Positions 1-11,137 of a stretch of 33,441 nt of DNA are shown here, one piece after another. Within the stretch, counting starts at the first letter, position 1. Each line of letters begins with the position of its first letter. Source of the DNA: a virus (lineage: Duplodnaviria; Caudoviricetes); IMG/VR virus record IMGVR_UViG_3300020462_000026, positions 1-33,441 of that record. One strand, written 5' to 3'. The notes under the pieces are model-generated. The model saw nothing but the letters and a program-made list of their open reading frames with translations, was not told the DNA's origin and did no database searches. The position numbers and the translations under genes are program-made.

Positions 1-1
1 A

Positions 2-2197
2 GTTCCTAGGGGTGGAATTATAGTTTCTTATGGATCTACACCTGGACTTGGATTTGCACCACTTGTAGGTGCTTCTGTGACTGCTGTTGTTGGTGCTGGA
101 GGTAGTTTTATATCCGTAGGATTGGGAACCACTGACAATCTAGGATCTGGATATAATGGATTAGTTTCCATAGGAGTGACTGTATTAGATATAGAGTATG
201 ATCACAAATTTGTAAGTGCCGGAGTAAATTCAATTACAGATAATACTGGAGGCACCCATACTGCAACAGATGCTACTTACAATTCCAGAACTGGTGATTT
301 GGTGTTGACTGTTGCCAATCATGGTTTGACAACAGCAAATACTATTGGTATTGCTACTGAAGGATTGGTATTTACTTGTTCTAAGGATGATCATGCAACA
401 AATCATCCCTATCCAAGAGCAGTATCTAAGACAAAATTGAGAAGAGGAGAGTCTGGAGGAGACCCTATTCATAATCAGCAAGTAGCAATTGCAGCAACTA
501 CATTGAATACTATTCAAATTGGTGTAGGAAGTGGTGGTGGTGCCGGTACAGGAGCAGTAGTTTCAGTTGATTCTATAGGTATTGGTGGAACTTTATCATT
601 TAATGTTGGTTCTGCTGGAACTGATTACGTAAATCCAGAAATATTTGTTTCTGATCCATCATATAAAAATCTACCAATAGTTGGTGTTTCTAGGTTAGGA
701 ATTGGAGCAACAACTGATACTGGTAATGGATTATTAGTAGATTTAAAAGTTAGTGGATCTACGGGAATAGGATCTACTTTATTTGAAGTAAGTGAAGTTA
801 AGTTTTCAAGACCAGGATATAATTTCAGAAGAGGTGATGTATTCAAACCAGTTGGATTAGTAACTGATGGTTTCTTATCTTCTCCAATATCAGATTTTGA
901 GATTACAGTAATTGATACTTACTCTGATAATTTTGCTGCTTGGGAATTTGGTGAACTTGATTATATTGATTCAATTCAAAACTTACAAGATGGATCAAGA
1001 GTTAGATTCCCACTCAATTACAATTCAGCACTTTTGAGTTTTGAACCTGAATCAGATTCTGCAATTGAGAAAAATATCAATAATGTTCTTGTAATTTTTG
1101 TTAATGGAGTAATACAAAAACCAATAGAAAATTACATTTTTGAAGGTGGAACATCATTTGTCTTTACAAGAGCACCACTACCTCAAGATGAAATTGAAAT
1201 CTATTTCTATAAAGGTGTTGATGGAACTGATTCTATATTAATTGATAATATTATCCCAACTATAGAAACTGGTGATATTGTTCAAGTCATAAGTAACAAC
1301 ATTTATCCAGATACAATAACACAAGATGAAAGAACAGTTTATAATATAACTACTTCTGACAAATTTGAAACTAATCGTTATGTTGGATTGGGAATTGATG
1401 AAACTAACGACAAACCACTATCTTGGACTAAGCAAAAAACAGATAAGAAAATTAATGGTCAATATGTTTACAAATCAAGAGATGTATTAGAACCTTTAAT
1501 TTTCCCAACTGCAAGAATTATTAAAGATGTATCTACAACAGACACTGAAATATTTGTCGATAATGTAGAATTATTTAATTATGAAACTGATAATGGTTAT
1601 ACAGATTCTTCCGTTCCATTAGATGCAGTAATTATTAACGGTATTTCTACAGAATCTACAGGATCTATTGAAAAAATCACAGGATTTGCTAATATTGCAG
1701 GATTCTCTGGAATTGTAACTGGTATTACAACAGCATCCGGAATTGGTGTTCCTTTAGCACTTCAATTTACAGTATTTGATAGTAATAACTTCAGTGGATT
1801 ATCAACAGGTTATCCAATTTATATCTATGATACTCAAATTGGTAGTGGAGTCACCTCAATTGACAATTCAAATTCTGCGGTTGTTGGAATTGGAACAACT
1901 TTCCTAGATAATGTTTATTATGTTTCTGATTGGTCTAATAGTTCCACAGTAGGAATTTTAACTTGCAATGTAGATTCAGGTTCTCCAATTGTTGGACTTG
2001 GAACCACTGGAAATATATTAAATCCAGTCGGAAAATATTCATGGGGAAGAATTTATGGAGCAACGGGAAGATCTACAAACCCAATATCAATTGGTGTTAC
2101 TGGAAATACCGTATCTGGATTGACAACATATCCAACAATTCAGAGAAGAGGTATTGGTATTAGAAAAACCGGAGCATTACCTAAAAGGGAAGTATAA
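2..2197 (+). CDS. Large baseplate wedge/virion structural protein (gp7 position), C-terminal part; 5' end lies outside the window
   Basis: The frame is open from nt 2 (VPRGGIIVSYGSTPGLGFAP...), so the GTG at 77 is not the true start. Gly/Thr/Ser-rich beta modules, an 'LVIFVNGVIQKP..Y...G..FVF..AP' module and many 'GIG/GITT' motifs. Lies directly upstream of gp8, as gp7 does in T4-like phages. Confidence 0.7.
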   Translation, partial: VPRGGIIVSYGSTPGLGFAPLVGASVTAVVGAGGSFISVGLGTTDNLGSGYNGLVSIGVTVLDIEYDHKFVSAGVNSITDNTGGTHTATDATYNSRTGDLVLTVANHGLTTANTIGIATEGLVFTCSKDDHATNHPYPRAVSKTKLRRGESGGDPIHNQQVAIAATTLNTIQIGVGSGGGAGTGAVVSVDSIGIGGTLSFNVGSAGTDYVNPEIFVSDPSYKNLPIVGVSRLGIGATTDTGNGLLVDLKVSGSTGIGSTLFEVSEVKFSRPGYNFRRGDVFKPVGLVTDGFLSSPISDFEITVIDTYSDNFAAWEFGELDYIDSIQNLQDGSRVRFPLNYNSALLSFEPESDSAIEKNINNVLVIFVNGVIQKPIENYIFEGGTSFVFTRAPLPQDEIEIYFYKGVDGTDSILIDNIIPTIETGDIVQVISNNIYPDTITQDERTVYNITTSDKFETNRYVGLGIDETNDKPLSWTKQKTDKKINGQYVYKSRDVLEPLIFPTARIIKDVSTTDTEIFVDNVELFNYETDNGYTDSSVPLDAVIINGISTESTGSIEKITGFANIAGFSGIVTGITTASGIGVPLALQFTVFDSNNFSGLSTGYPIYIYDTQIGSGVTSIDNSNSAVVGIGTTFLDNVYYVSDWSNSSTVGILTCNVDSGSPIVGLGTTGNILNPVGKYSWGRIYGATGRSTNPISIGVTGNTVSGLTTYPTIQRRGIGIRKTGALPKREV

Positions 2198-2216
2198 TTG
2201 AAAATTAAAATTATCT

Positions 2217-2224
2217 TATAAATA
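2217..2224 (+). promoter_or_regulatory. T4-type late promoter TATAAATA upstream of gp8
   Basis: Exact gp55-dependent consensus in the intergenic gap, 18 nt before the ATG at 2243. Confidence 0.8.
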
Positions 2225-2242
2225 TATAAAAAAGCTATTAAT

Positions 2243-3751
2243 ATGTCCGCATTCGTAACAGATCAATTTAGAATATTGAATGCTGGTTCTTTTGTAGAGT
2301 CTATCAGTAATAATTCTTATTATGCCTTCTTAGGGTTATCAAATCCAACTCCAGGTTCAGTTGGATTTGGAAGAACAGATAATTGGGATACAAGTACAAC
2401 TAATAATCCTGTAGATAATTTTCAATATTTGTCTCATTATAGAGATACTAGTTTATTTGGTAAGAAAATTACATCAGAAAATGCCCGAAGAGTCATAAGA
2501 AAAGTTGAATGGGTCGCAAATACTCCTTATGACATGTACAGACATGATTACCGTCAAGGTAATGAATCCCCTGTATCTAAAACAGTAAGATTATATGATG
2601 CAAATTATTACGTTGTCACAAGTGAATTTAAAGTTTATATTTGTATAGATAATGGTTCTTCTGGTACTGATCCTACTGTTACAGGATCTACAATAGAACC
2701 AACACAGACTGATGTAGAACCACCTGTTGCAGGTTCTGATGGATACAGATGGAAATATCTATTCAGTATTTCTCCATCGGATGTAATTAAATTTGATTCT
2801 ACAGAGTATATTACAGTTCCTAACGATTGGTTAACTACAACAGATTCTGATATTCAAACTATCAGAGAAGGAGGAAATTCTGATACTAATAATAATCAAG
2901 TAAAGGCAGTATATATCGAAGATGGTGGAACTGGATATAGTAATGCAACAGCATCTATTGTAGGTGATGGAAGTGGTGGTGAAGTTTCTATTGTAGTAGA
3001 TAGTTCTGGAACTATTACAAATGTTAATGTAACAAGCGGAGGAAAAGATTACACTTATGGAATTATTGATCTCAGAACCAATTCTGGATCTGGTTCAAAG
3101 TTAATACCTATTATTCCACCATCAAAAGGTCATGGATATAACATTTACGAAGAATTAGGAACAGATAAAGTATTAATGTATGCAAGATTTGATGATTCAT
3201 CTAAAGATTTTCCAATAGATACTAAATTTGCTCAAGTCGGTATTATAAAAAATCCTGAGACATTTTCTGGAGCAGGAGTAACTTTTACAGAAAATTCATT
3301 CTCATCTCTTTATGCTGTTGGTTTAACAACTTCTAGAGAAGTAACTATTGGTGAACAAATAACTCAAAATGTAACTGGAGCAAAAGGTTATGTTGCATCA
3401 TTTGATAAAGATACTAAAGTTTTAAAATATTATCAAGATAGATCTTTATGTTATGGGAATAAAGTAGATCAAACAGATAGTGATAATACAACAAATACAA
3501 TAGAGTTTGATTCTTCTAATTCTATTACATTTTCTACTAGTGGAGGTTCTTCAAGTATTGATACTGCATTAACTGGTAGTGTTGTAGTTGTTAATGATAA
3601 GCAAATTAATCTGGGAGTCACATTTACAAATGGTCTTGCAAATCCAGAGATAAATAAAAAGACGGGCACTGTAATTTACATCGATAACCGACCCACTGTT
3701 CAGAGAGACTCTAGACAGAAAGAAGACATTAAAATTATTCTGGAATTCTAA
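2243..3751 (+). CDS. gp8: Baseplate wedge subunit gp8
   Basis: N-terminal 'MSAFVTDQFRILNA', 'YDMYRHDY', 'FKVYICIDNG', 'DGYRWKYLF' and C-terminal 'IYIDNRP.VQR..RQKEDIKIILEF', typical of T4-like gp8; synteny. Confidence 0.9.
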   Translation: MSAFVTDQFRILNAGSFVESISNNSYYAFLGLSNPTPGSVGFGRTDNWDTSTTNNPVDNFQYLSHYRDTSLFGKKITSENARRVIRKVEWVANTPYDMYRHDYRQGNESPVSKTVRLYDANYYVVTSEFKVYICIDNGSSGTDPTVTGSTIEPTQTDVEPPVAGSDGYRWKYLFSISPSDVIKFDSTEYITVPNDWLTTTDSDIQTIREGGNSDTNNNQVKAVYIEDGGTGYSNATASIVGDGSGGEVSIVVDSSGTITNVNVTSGGKDYTYGIIDLRTNSGSGSKLIPIIPPSKGHGYNIYEELGTDKVLMYARFDDSSKDFPIDTKFAQVGIIKNPETFSGAGVTFTENSFSSLYAVGLTTSREVTIGEQITQNVTGAKGYVASFDKDTKVLKYYQDRSLCYGNKVDQTDSDNTTNTIEFDSSNSITFSTSGGSSSIDTALTGSVVVVNDKQINLGVTFTNGLANPEINKKTGTVIYIDNRPTVQRDSRQKEDIKIILEF

Positions 3752-3757
3752 AAAAAG

Positions 3758-6700
3758 ATGGCACAAAAAACCGACTTAAATATCAGCCCATATTATGATG
3801 ATTTTGATGGGGATAAAAACTTTTATAAGGTTTTATTTAAACCAGGATTTCCAGTTCAGGCTAGAGAATTAACAACTCTTCAGTCTATTTTACAAAATCA
3901 AGTAGAGTCTTTTGGTGGTAATATTTTCAAAGAAGGATCCATGGTTCTTCCAGGATCGGTGACTTTTGATAATCAATTTTCGGCAGTAAAATTAAATTCA
4001 GTCAATTTAGGGATAGATATATCTGTTTATATTAAGAATTTTATTGGAAAGAAAATCACAGGTCAACTTTCAGGAGTAACAGCATCTGTTCAAGAGGTTG
4101 CGCTTACATCTGATAGTGATTTAGTAACTGATGTTACAATTTATGTAAAATATGGAGAATCCGGAGACGATGCAGAAGTAGATACTTTCCAAGATGGGGA
4201 ACAGTTATTTGCAAGTGAAAATGTTACATATGGTAATACCACAATTACCGCAGGTACTGCATTTGCATCATTAATATCAGAAGGTGCAATATCTATTGGT
4301 TCAGCAGCATTTATTGATAATGGTGTTTATTTTATTAGAGGAACATTTGTAGAAGTTTCTAAGCAAACACTCATACTAGATTATTATACAAATACTCCTT
4401 CTTATAGAGTAGGATTAAAAATATCTGAAACGATTGTAAATGCAAAGGATGATTCATCATTATATGATAATGCCAGTGGTTTCAGTAATTTTGCAGCACC
4501 AGGAGCAGATAGATTAAAAATAGCACTAACACTCACAAAAAAAGAAATATCTAATAATACAGATACTGATTTTGTAGAGATTTTAAGAGTAGATGAAGGA
4601 AAAATTAAAAAAATTGAAAATAAACCTGTCTATAATTTAATAAGAGATTATATTGCAGAAAGAACATTTGATGAATCTGGTCATTATGCCGTAGATGAGT
4701 TTGATGTTAAAGCACTCAATTCATTAAATGATCAAATAGATAATGATGGTTTATATTTAGAAGGAGAAACTACAGAACAAGGAAATATTCCATCAGATGA
4801 CCTAATGTGTTTGCAGGTAAGTCCTGGAAGAGCATATGTTGATGGGTATGATGTTACTTTGGATACAGAAACTGCTGTAGACGTAGAAAAACCAAGAGAT
4901 ACTGAAAGTGTAAGTAGTAATAGTATCCCATTTGAGATGGGGCATTTAATTAGAGTTAATAATGTCAGTGGTGCTCCAAAAGAAAATGACACTGTTGACT
5001 TAAAAAATAGACTTAATGGAGGTAGTGTAATTGGTGCTGCGAGAGTATATACATTTAATTTGACTGATGCTGCATATTCTGGTGCAGCAACTCAATGGGA
5101 TTTATATCTTTATGATATTCAAACTTATACAAATGTAGTTTTTAATAGAAGTGTAACGGCAACTGAAATTCCAACTTCCTCCTTTATAAAAGGAAAAAGT
5201 AGTGGAGCAAGTGGTTTTGTTGTTCTTGGTGCTTCTGCTTCAGAGTTAGATCTTTCTCAAACTTCAGGAACTTTTGCAACTGGAGAAAAACTAATTGTTA
5301 ATGGAATTGAAACAGCATTAACAATTGCAAGTTTTACACAAAATACAACTGACCAAATCAAAGCTGTTACAAAATCGGGTGTATCAGGATTTCCAAATTT
5401 CTTTGCAGATGCAGTTTTAAGTCCTAAAAAGTTCTCTAATGGGATTACGGAAGTTAATATTGCTTCCGGATCAGTGACATGTCCAGGGAAATTATTTTCT
5501 GGAGTCAAAGTGAATGATGTAATTAGTGTTATACAATCAGGTACTTTAAAATATAATAGAATTTCAGCCATTTCTGAAGACTTATCAACATTAACTCTTG
5601 CAACTATTAGTGATGTTAGTGGAGTTTTTGATGGTAATCCAGTAATTACTGATGGAAATTATACGGCAAATCTAAGAGTACCAAAAATAAGAAATAGTGA
5701 AAATGGATTTCTTTATGCAAATCTTCCAGAATCTAATATCTCTTTAGTAGATCTTTCAAATTCACAGTTAGCAATAACAACTCAAATAACTGCAGAATCA
5801 ACTAATGGTGATGGAGATTTGGTATTTGGTCTACCAACTGGTATTACAAGTGCATTTTACGAATCTTTTGATCAGGAAAGATATTCCGTTCATTATACTG
5901 GGGGTGGAATTGGAACAATAACTTCTGATGCGTTTACTCTTACTGGAGGGGGAACTGGAGTCGAAATTGAAGGATTAACCTCTGGTCAATCAGATATAGT
6001 TGTAAATGCAACTCTCAAAAAGAATGGAATTCAAAGTAAAATTAAAAAATTTACTAGAAGTGCAATAGAAGTAGTTAATCTTTCAAAATTAGCACAATCT
6101 GGATCTGCATCTAGCATATCAATTAATGATGGACTAACATATAATCAATATTATGGACTCAGAGTTCAAGATGATCAAATTTCATTAAATGTTCCTGATG
6201 TTTCAAAAGTTCTTGTAGTATATGAATCAACGAATACTGCAGATCCTACACTAGATGCAATTGAATTCTCTTCAATATCCAATGTTGGAACAGATGCTAT
6301 TATTGGAGAAAATATAATTGGTTCTGAGAGTGGAGCAGTTGGAAGAGTCGTAACAAATAATAGTTCCTCACCATCATCAGGTGGTGCCAATAAACTAGGT
6401 GTAGTATATCTAAACCAAAATACTTTTATTGCTGGAGAAACTGTAACATTTAAAGAATCTAATATTACCTCCACCGTTCAGTCTATTACATTAGGAAAAT
6501 ATAATAATGTGACAGATAATTTTGTTCTTGATGGTGGACAAAAAAATGAATATTATGATTATTCAAGATTAATTAGAATAACAGATTCAGAACCATCTAA
6601 GAGACTATTAGTCGTTTTTGATCATTATGTAGTTCCGGCATCAGATAATGGAGATGTATTTACGGTTTTAAGTTATGATGCTGATAGATTTTTAAATGAT

Positions 6701-9700
6701 ATTCCTACAATTGGACCTAATAATGTTAGAGCTTCCGATACATTAGATTTTAGACCAAGAGTTGTCGATTATTCTTCAACAACTGCTTCACCATTTGATT
6801 TTGGTTCAAGAACTTTTGCTACAGATTATAACTTAAAACCTGGTGAAAGTTCAATAATTGGATATGATTTTTATCTCCCAAGAATTGATAAATTATATCT
6901 TGATAAGTTTGAAAATCTTATTGTTAGTAAAGGTGTTTCGGCAAAGGATCCAAAAGTATCTCCAAGTAATGATCAAAGTTTGATGGAATTGGGAACTATT
7001 TTACTTCCACCATATCTTTATGATCCTGATGATGTTTCTATTAATTTGGTTGATAATAGAAGATATACCATGAGGGATATTGGCCAACTTGAAGATAGAA
7101 TAGAAAACCTGGAAAAAGTTACATCTTTAAGTTTATTAGAGGTAAGTACTGAAGCATTGCGTATTGAAGATGAAGATGGTAATAATAGATTTAAGTCTGG
7201 TTTCTTTGTAGATAATTTTACTGATAGAACAAGTAGTGATCAAAATTTAACATCAGCAGATATTAGTGAAGGTCAATTGAGACCAAGACTTCTTTCTAAT
7301 TCATTAAAACAAAGAGTTTTACCTTCTTCCGAAATTTCTGAAGAAGATTTAGATTTGACAACTAACTTTGAACTATTAGATCCAAATATCCAAAAAACTG
7401 GGAAGGTTGTTACTCTAAAATACGATTCTATCGGTTGGTTAGAGCAACCACTTGCTACTCGTGTCGAAAATGTTAATCCATTCCATGTAGTAGAATATGT
7501 TGGAAGTGTAAAATTATCCCCAGAGAATGATTTTTGGATTAGAACCATTTATATTCCACCATCCGTTAGGAATATAACAAGAAGAACTACAAATGTTATT
7601 CGTAATACTGTAAGGAATACGGTAACAAGACCAGTAGAACAAACACCAGCAGCACCAGTTTTCTTTAGAGGGTTTATCAGACCCAGCATTGGAATAGGTC
7701 CATGGAATAATGGTGGATGGCCTCAAAGAACAGCAGTAGTACTTGGTAGACTAGGAGCAAGACAACGAACAGATTGGAGAAGTAGTACAAACTCTAGAAC
7801 ACAGACTACAACAACTTCTAGAACTAGAGTTAATGTAAGATCTAGAGATGTTCTTATTTCTAGTGGTGACGAGCAATATATCAGATCCAGAAATGTTTCT
7901 TTCTTTGGAAGATCATTAAAACCTTTAACAAGACACTATCAGTTCTTAGATAATCATAGTAATGTAGACTTTATACCAAAACTTTTAGAGATTGCAAATA
8001 GTACATCTTTAGAAACTTCTGGTTCTTCGGAGAGTGCATTTACGTCTGGGGAAACAATAAAGGTATATGAAGGTAGTAATGAAATAGGTCGTTTTAGACT
8101 TGCGAAGTCTAATCATAAGGAAGGATCTTTTAAATCTCCATCAAGAACTTACAACATCAATCCTTATGCAAGAAAGGAAAATTTACCAACTTCATACAGT
8201 CAATCATCTAAAACATTAAATATTGACCTAAATTCATTATCTGATGAAGCACAGGGAAGATTTTTTGGATATGTTGCCAAAGGAGCAAAGATTGTTGGAC
8301 AGACGAGTGGTGCAATTGCATATGTAAAACAATTAAGATTGATAACTGATAATTATGGAGATTTACTTGGTTCATTCTTTATCAAGAATCCAAATACAAA
8401 TCCAGCACCAAATCCAAGACTTCTTACTGGTAAAAAAACATACTTATTAACTAGTAGTTCTACAAATAAGAAACCATTACCTGGAAGTAAATTAATTTCT
8501 ACCGGTCAAGGATCTTATAGTGCTGTTGGAACTCTTCTAACAAGACAAATACAAACTACAATAACTACAACTATTGAAACTACAGTAAGACGCACTACAA
8601 CTGTAACAACAACTAGACGTGAAGTTGTAAGAGCAAGAAGGTCGGATCCTCTTGCACAATCATTTGTTGTTGGTAGAGATATTGATGCTCCAGATTTAAA
8701 TGGATTTAGTAGTGATGATAAGGGTGTAGTTCTTACCGAATTGGATATCTTTTTTGCCAACAAACCAGCAGGCAGTGAACCTCTTGAAGTTCAAATAAGA
8801 ACAGTAGAACTCGGTATCCCAACTTTAAATTTGGTTGGTGAATCTAAAACATTATATCCAGATCAAATTACAACATCAACAACTGGAGAAACTGCAACAA
8901 GAGTTACATTTGATGAACCAAAATATCTTGCTCCAGGTAATGAATATGCTGTGGTTTTACTTGCACCCACTTCAGATGAATATGAAGTTTGGATTGCGAA
9001 AATGGGAGAGAAAACTGTTAATACACAATCTCTACCTGATGCAGAATCAGTAATTTACACCAAACAATTCGCACTTGGTAGTTTGTTTAAATCTCAAAAT
9101 GGATCTACTTGGACACCTACACAAGAATTAGATCTTAAATTTAAACTTTACAAAGCAAAATTCACCGCAAATACTGGTATTGCATATTTTGGAAATCCAC
9201 CTTTAGATCAAAGTAATGGATATGTAAATAATTTACTCGCAAATCCAGTTACAGGTCTTCCAAAAACTACTACTCTTGGTGTTACAACATTCACAGATTC
9301 TGGGTTGATTGATATTTTAAATACTGGTAGAAAAATTGCTGGTTCTATTCCAGATAGTTATGGTTATATTGAGTATGCGGGTGGACCAGTTACTGGTATT
9401 ACAACTACTAATAGTGGAGTAAATTATACTACCCAGACTAACAGACCAACAACTAATATTGTCGGAAATGGTAGTGGGTTGGAATTTACTATTAGTAGTG
9501 TAGATGGAAATGGTGCAATCACCAGTCTCACAAAAACTGCTAATGGAACTGGATATGAAGTTGGTGATGTAGTGACTATCACTAGTAATGCAACAGGTAG
9601 AAATGCATTAATTACTATTAGTGCAATTACTGGAAGAGATACACTTTACTTGTCTGATGTTCAAGGTGAAGTTGGTGGAGGAAATGCATTTCCAGTTGGT

Positions 9701-11137
9701 GCTGGAGTGAGTTATTACGATACCGATACAACTATTGTATCTTTAGGTTCTACTACTATTTTAAATGCAACCGAAGGATCTGGTACAAATTCTGGAAATT
9801 TCTTAGAAGTAAGTCATTTTAATCATGGAATGTATGCTAATAATAATAAATTGCAATTGAATGGGGTTGAATCTGATATTTCACCATCAATTCTCACTGC
9901 AAACTTATTAACAACATCAGATACAATATTTGTTGAAGATTCTTCCGTTTTTGAAACTTTTGAGGGATTGACTGTTAGTGCTTCTAATCCAGGATATGTA
10001 AAGATTGGAGATGAAGTTATATCATATCAAACGGCATCTTCAAATGAATTAGGAACTCTTGGTAGAGGTATTGAAGGAAAAATTGAATCACACGAAACTA
10101 ATTCTAAGGTTCAAAAGTATGAGTTTAATGGAGTATCTTTAAGAAGAATTAATAATGTAATTTATGATATTTCTGATACTGGAATTGATTCTAACGGATA
10201 TTATATTGAAGTAGACCGAAGTGCTACATATGGAGTGAATAGGTCTGCAGATACTACAACTTTACCACAATTATCATTTGATAGAAAATTTATTGGTGGT
10301 GGAAATAATGTCTATGCAACTGAGAATATTCAATTTAATTCAGTAAATCCAAGATTCTTTATTCAGGCACCTGGAGACACTACTTCAGTAAGTGCCGTAG
10401 TTAGAACAACAACAGGAACTAGTATTGATGGTAGTGAAACTTCTTTCCAACTTCTAAATGAAGTAGAACCAGTAGAATTAAATTCTTTTAATAATTTAAA
10501 ATCAACCAGAATAGTATGTTCTAGAGTAAATGAATTACAACAACCAGCATTTAATAATGTTTCTGGTAGAAGATCATTTACTACGGCAGTTACATTAAAC
10601 AGTACAGATGAAAACTTATCACCAATTATAAATCTAGAAGATTCTACTATTGAATTCGCATCAAACTATTTGAATAGACCTGTTACTGACTTTGCTTCAG
10701 ATTCTAGAGTAAATTCTATTTTAGATGATCCACATTCAGCAATCTATGTTTCTGATACTATTGGACTATCTAAACCAGCATCTTCTTTGAAGGTTATACT
10801 TGGAGCATATAGACCTGCTTCTTCTGACATTAGAGTTCTTTATAGTCTCGTTAGAGATGATTCTTCTGAGATAGAACAAGAATTTGAATTGTTCCCTGGA
10901 TATGAGAATCTTGAGGCAACTTCTGATGGTGGATTTAGAGTTGTTGATCCATCTTTAAATAACGGAAAATCTGATGTTAAAGTTCCTGCAAGTTCTGCTA
11001 ATCAGTTCTTAGAATATGAGTTTAGTGCTGATAACTTAGGAGAATTTAGTGGTTATTCAATTAAGATTATTATGTCGGGAACTGATCAGGCAAATGCACC
11101 AATTATTAGCGATCTTCGAACAATTGCATTAGCATGA
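3758..11137 (+). CDS. Very large virion/baseplate structural protein, VrlC-like (DUF4815-type)
   Basis: N-terminus 'LNISPYYDDFD..KNFYKVLFKPGFPVQARELTTLQSILQNQ', 'APGADRLKI', 'NRRYTMRDIG.LE.RIENLE...SLSLLE', 'DPLAQSF' and C-terminal 'DLRTIALA'. Follows gp8, as in cyanomyoviruses. Confidence 0.85.
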   Translation: MAQKTDLNISPYYDDFDGDKNFYKVLFKPGFPVQARELTTLQSILQNQVESFGGNIFKEGSMVLPGSVTFDNQFSAVKLNSVNLGIDISVYIKNFIGKKITGQLSGVTASVQEVALTSDSDLVTDVTIYVKYGESGDDAEVDTFQDGEQLFASENVTYGNTTITAGTAFASLISEGAISIGSAAFIDNGVYFIRGTFVEVSKQTLILDYYTNTPSYRVGLKISETIVNAKDDSSLYDNASGFSNFAAPGADRLKIALTLTKKEISNNTDTDFVEILRVDEGKIKKIENKPVYNLIRDYIAERTFDESGHYAVDEFDVKALNSLNDQIDNDGLYLEGETTEQGNIPSDDLMCLQVSPGRAYVDGYDVTLDTETAVDVEKPRDTESVSSNSIPFEMGHLIRVNNVSGAPKENDTVDLKNRLNGGSVIGAARVYTFNLTDAAYSGAATQWDLYLYDIQTYTNVVFNRSVTATEIPTSSFIKGKSSGASGFVVLGASASELDLSQTSGTFATGEKLIVNGIETALTIASFTQNTTDQIKAVTKSGVSGFPNFFADAVLSPKKFSNGITEVNIASGSVTCPGKLFSGVKVNDVISVIQSGTLKYNRISAISEDLSTLTLATISDVSGVFDGNPVITDGNYTANLRVPKIRNSENGFLYANLPESNISLVDLSNSQLAITTQITAESTNGDGDLVFGLPTGITSAFYESFDQERYSVHYTGGGIGTITSDAFTLTGGGTGVEIEGLTSGQSDIVVNATLKKNGIQSKIKKFTRSAIEVVNLSKLAQSGSASSISINDGLTYNQYYGLRVQDDQISLNVPDVSKVLVVYESTNTADPTLDAIEFSSISNVGTDAIIGENIIGSESGAVGRVVTNNSSSPSSGGANKLGVVYLNQNTFIAGETVTFKESNITSTVQSITLGKYNNVTDNFVLDGGQKNEYYDYSRLIRITDSEPSKRLLVVFDHYVVPASDNGDVFTVLSYDADRFLNDIPTIGPNNVRASDTLDFRPRVVDYSSTTASPFDFGSRTFATDYNLKPGESSIIGYDFYLPRIDKLYLDKFENLIVSKGVSAKDPKVSPSNDQSLMELGTILLPPYLYDPDDVSINLVDNRRYTMRDIGQLEDRIENLEKVTSLSLLEVSTEALRIEDEDGNNRFKSGFFVDNFTDRTSSDQNLTSADISEGQLRPRLLSNSLKQRVLPSSEISEEDLDLTTNFELLDPNIQKTGKVVTLKYDSIGWLEQPLATRVENVNPFHVVEYVGSVKLSPENDFWIRTIYIPPSVRNITRRTTNVIRNTVRNTVTRPVEQTPAAPVFFRGFIRPSIGIGPWNNGGWPQRTAVVLGRLGARQRTDWRSSTNSRTQTTTTSRTRVNVRSRDVLISSGDEQYIRSRNVSFFGRSLKPLTRHYQFLDNHSNVDFIPKLLEIANSTSLETSGSSESAFTSGETIKVYEGSNEIGRFRLAKSNHKEGSFKSPSRTYNINPYARKENLPTSYSQSSKTLNIDLNSLSDEAQGRFFGYVAKGAKIVGQTSGAIAYVKQLRLITDNYGDLLGSFFIKNPNTNPAPNPRLLTGKKTYLLTSSSTNKKPLPGSKLISTGQGSYSAVGTLLTRQIQTTITTTIETTVRRTTTVTTTRREVVRARRSDPLAQSFVVGRDIDAPDLNGFSSDDKGVVLTELDIFFANKPAGSEPLEVQIRTVELGIPTLNLVGESKTLYPDQITTSTTGETATRVTFDEPKYLAPGNEYAVVLLAPTSDEYEVWIAKMGEKTVNTQSLPDAESVIYTKQFALGSLFKSQNGSTWTPTQELDLKFKLYKAKFTANTGIAYFGNPPLDQSNGYVNNLLANPVTGLPKTTTLGVTTFTDSGLIDILNTGRKIAGSIPDSYGYIEYAGGPVTGITTTNSGVNYTTQTNRPTTNIVGNGSGLEFTISSVDGNGAITSLTKTANGTGYEVGDVVTITSNATGRNALITISAITGRDTLYLSDVQGEVGGGNAFPVGAGVSYYDTDTTIVSLGSTTILNATEGSGTNSGNFLEVSHFNHGMYANNNKLQLNGVESDISPSILTANLLTTSDTIFVEDSSVFETFEGLTVSASNPGYVKIGDEVISYQTASSNELGTLGRGIEGKIESHETNSKVQKYEFNGVSLRRINNVIYDISDTGIDSNGYYIEVDRSATYGVNRSADTTTLPQLSFDRKFIGGGNNVYATENIQFNSVNPRFFIQAPGDTTSVSAVVRTTTGTSIDGSETSFQLLNEVEPVELNSFNNLKSTRIVCSRVNELQQPAFNNVSGRRSFTTAVTLNSTDENLSPIINLEDSTIEFASNYLNRPVTDFASDSRVNSILDDPHSAIYVSDTIGLSKPASSLKVILGAYRPASSDIRVLYSLVRDDSSEIEQEFELFPGYENLEATSDGGFRVVDPSLNNGKSDVKVPASSANQFLEYEFSADNLGEFSGYSIKIIMSGTDQANAPIISDLRTIALA

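Noticed and set aside
77-79. GTG start given for the first ORF
   Set aside because: The frame is open back to the window edge, so the gene starts upstream.
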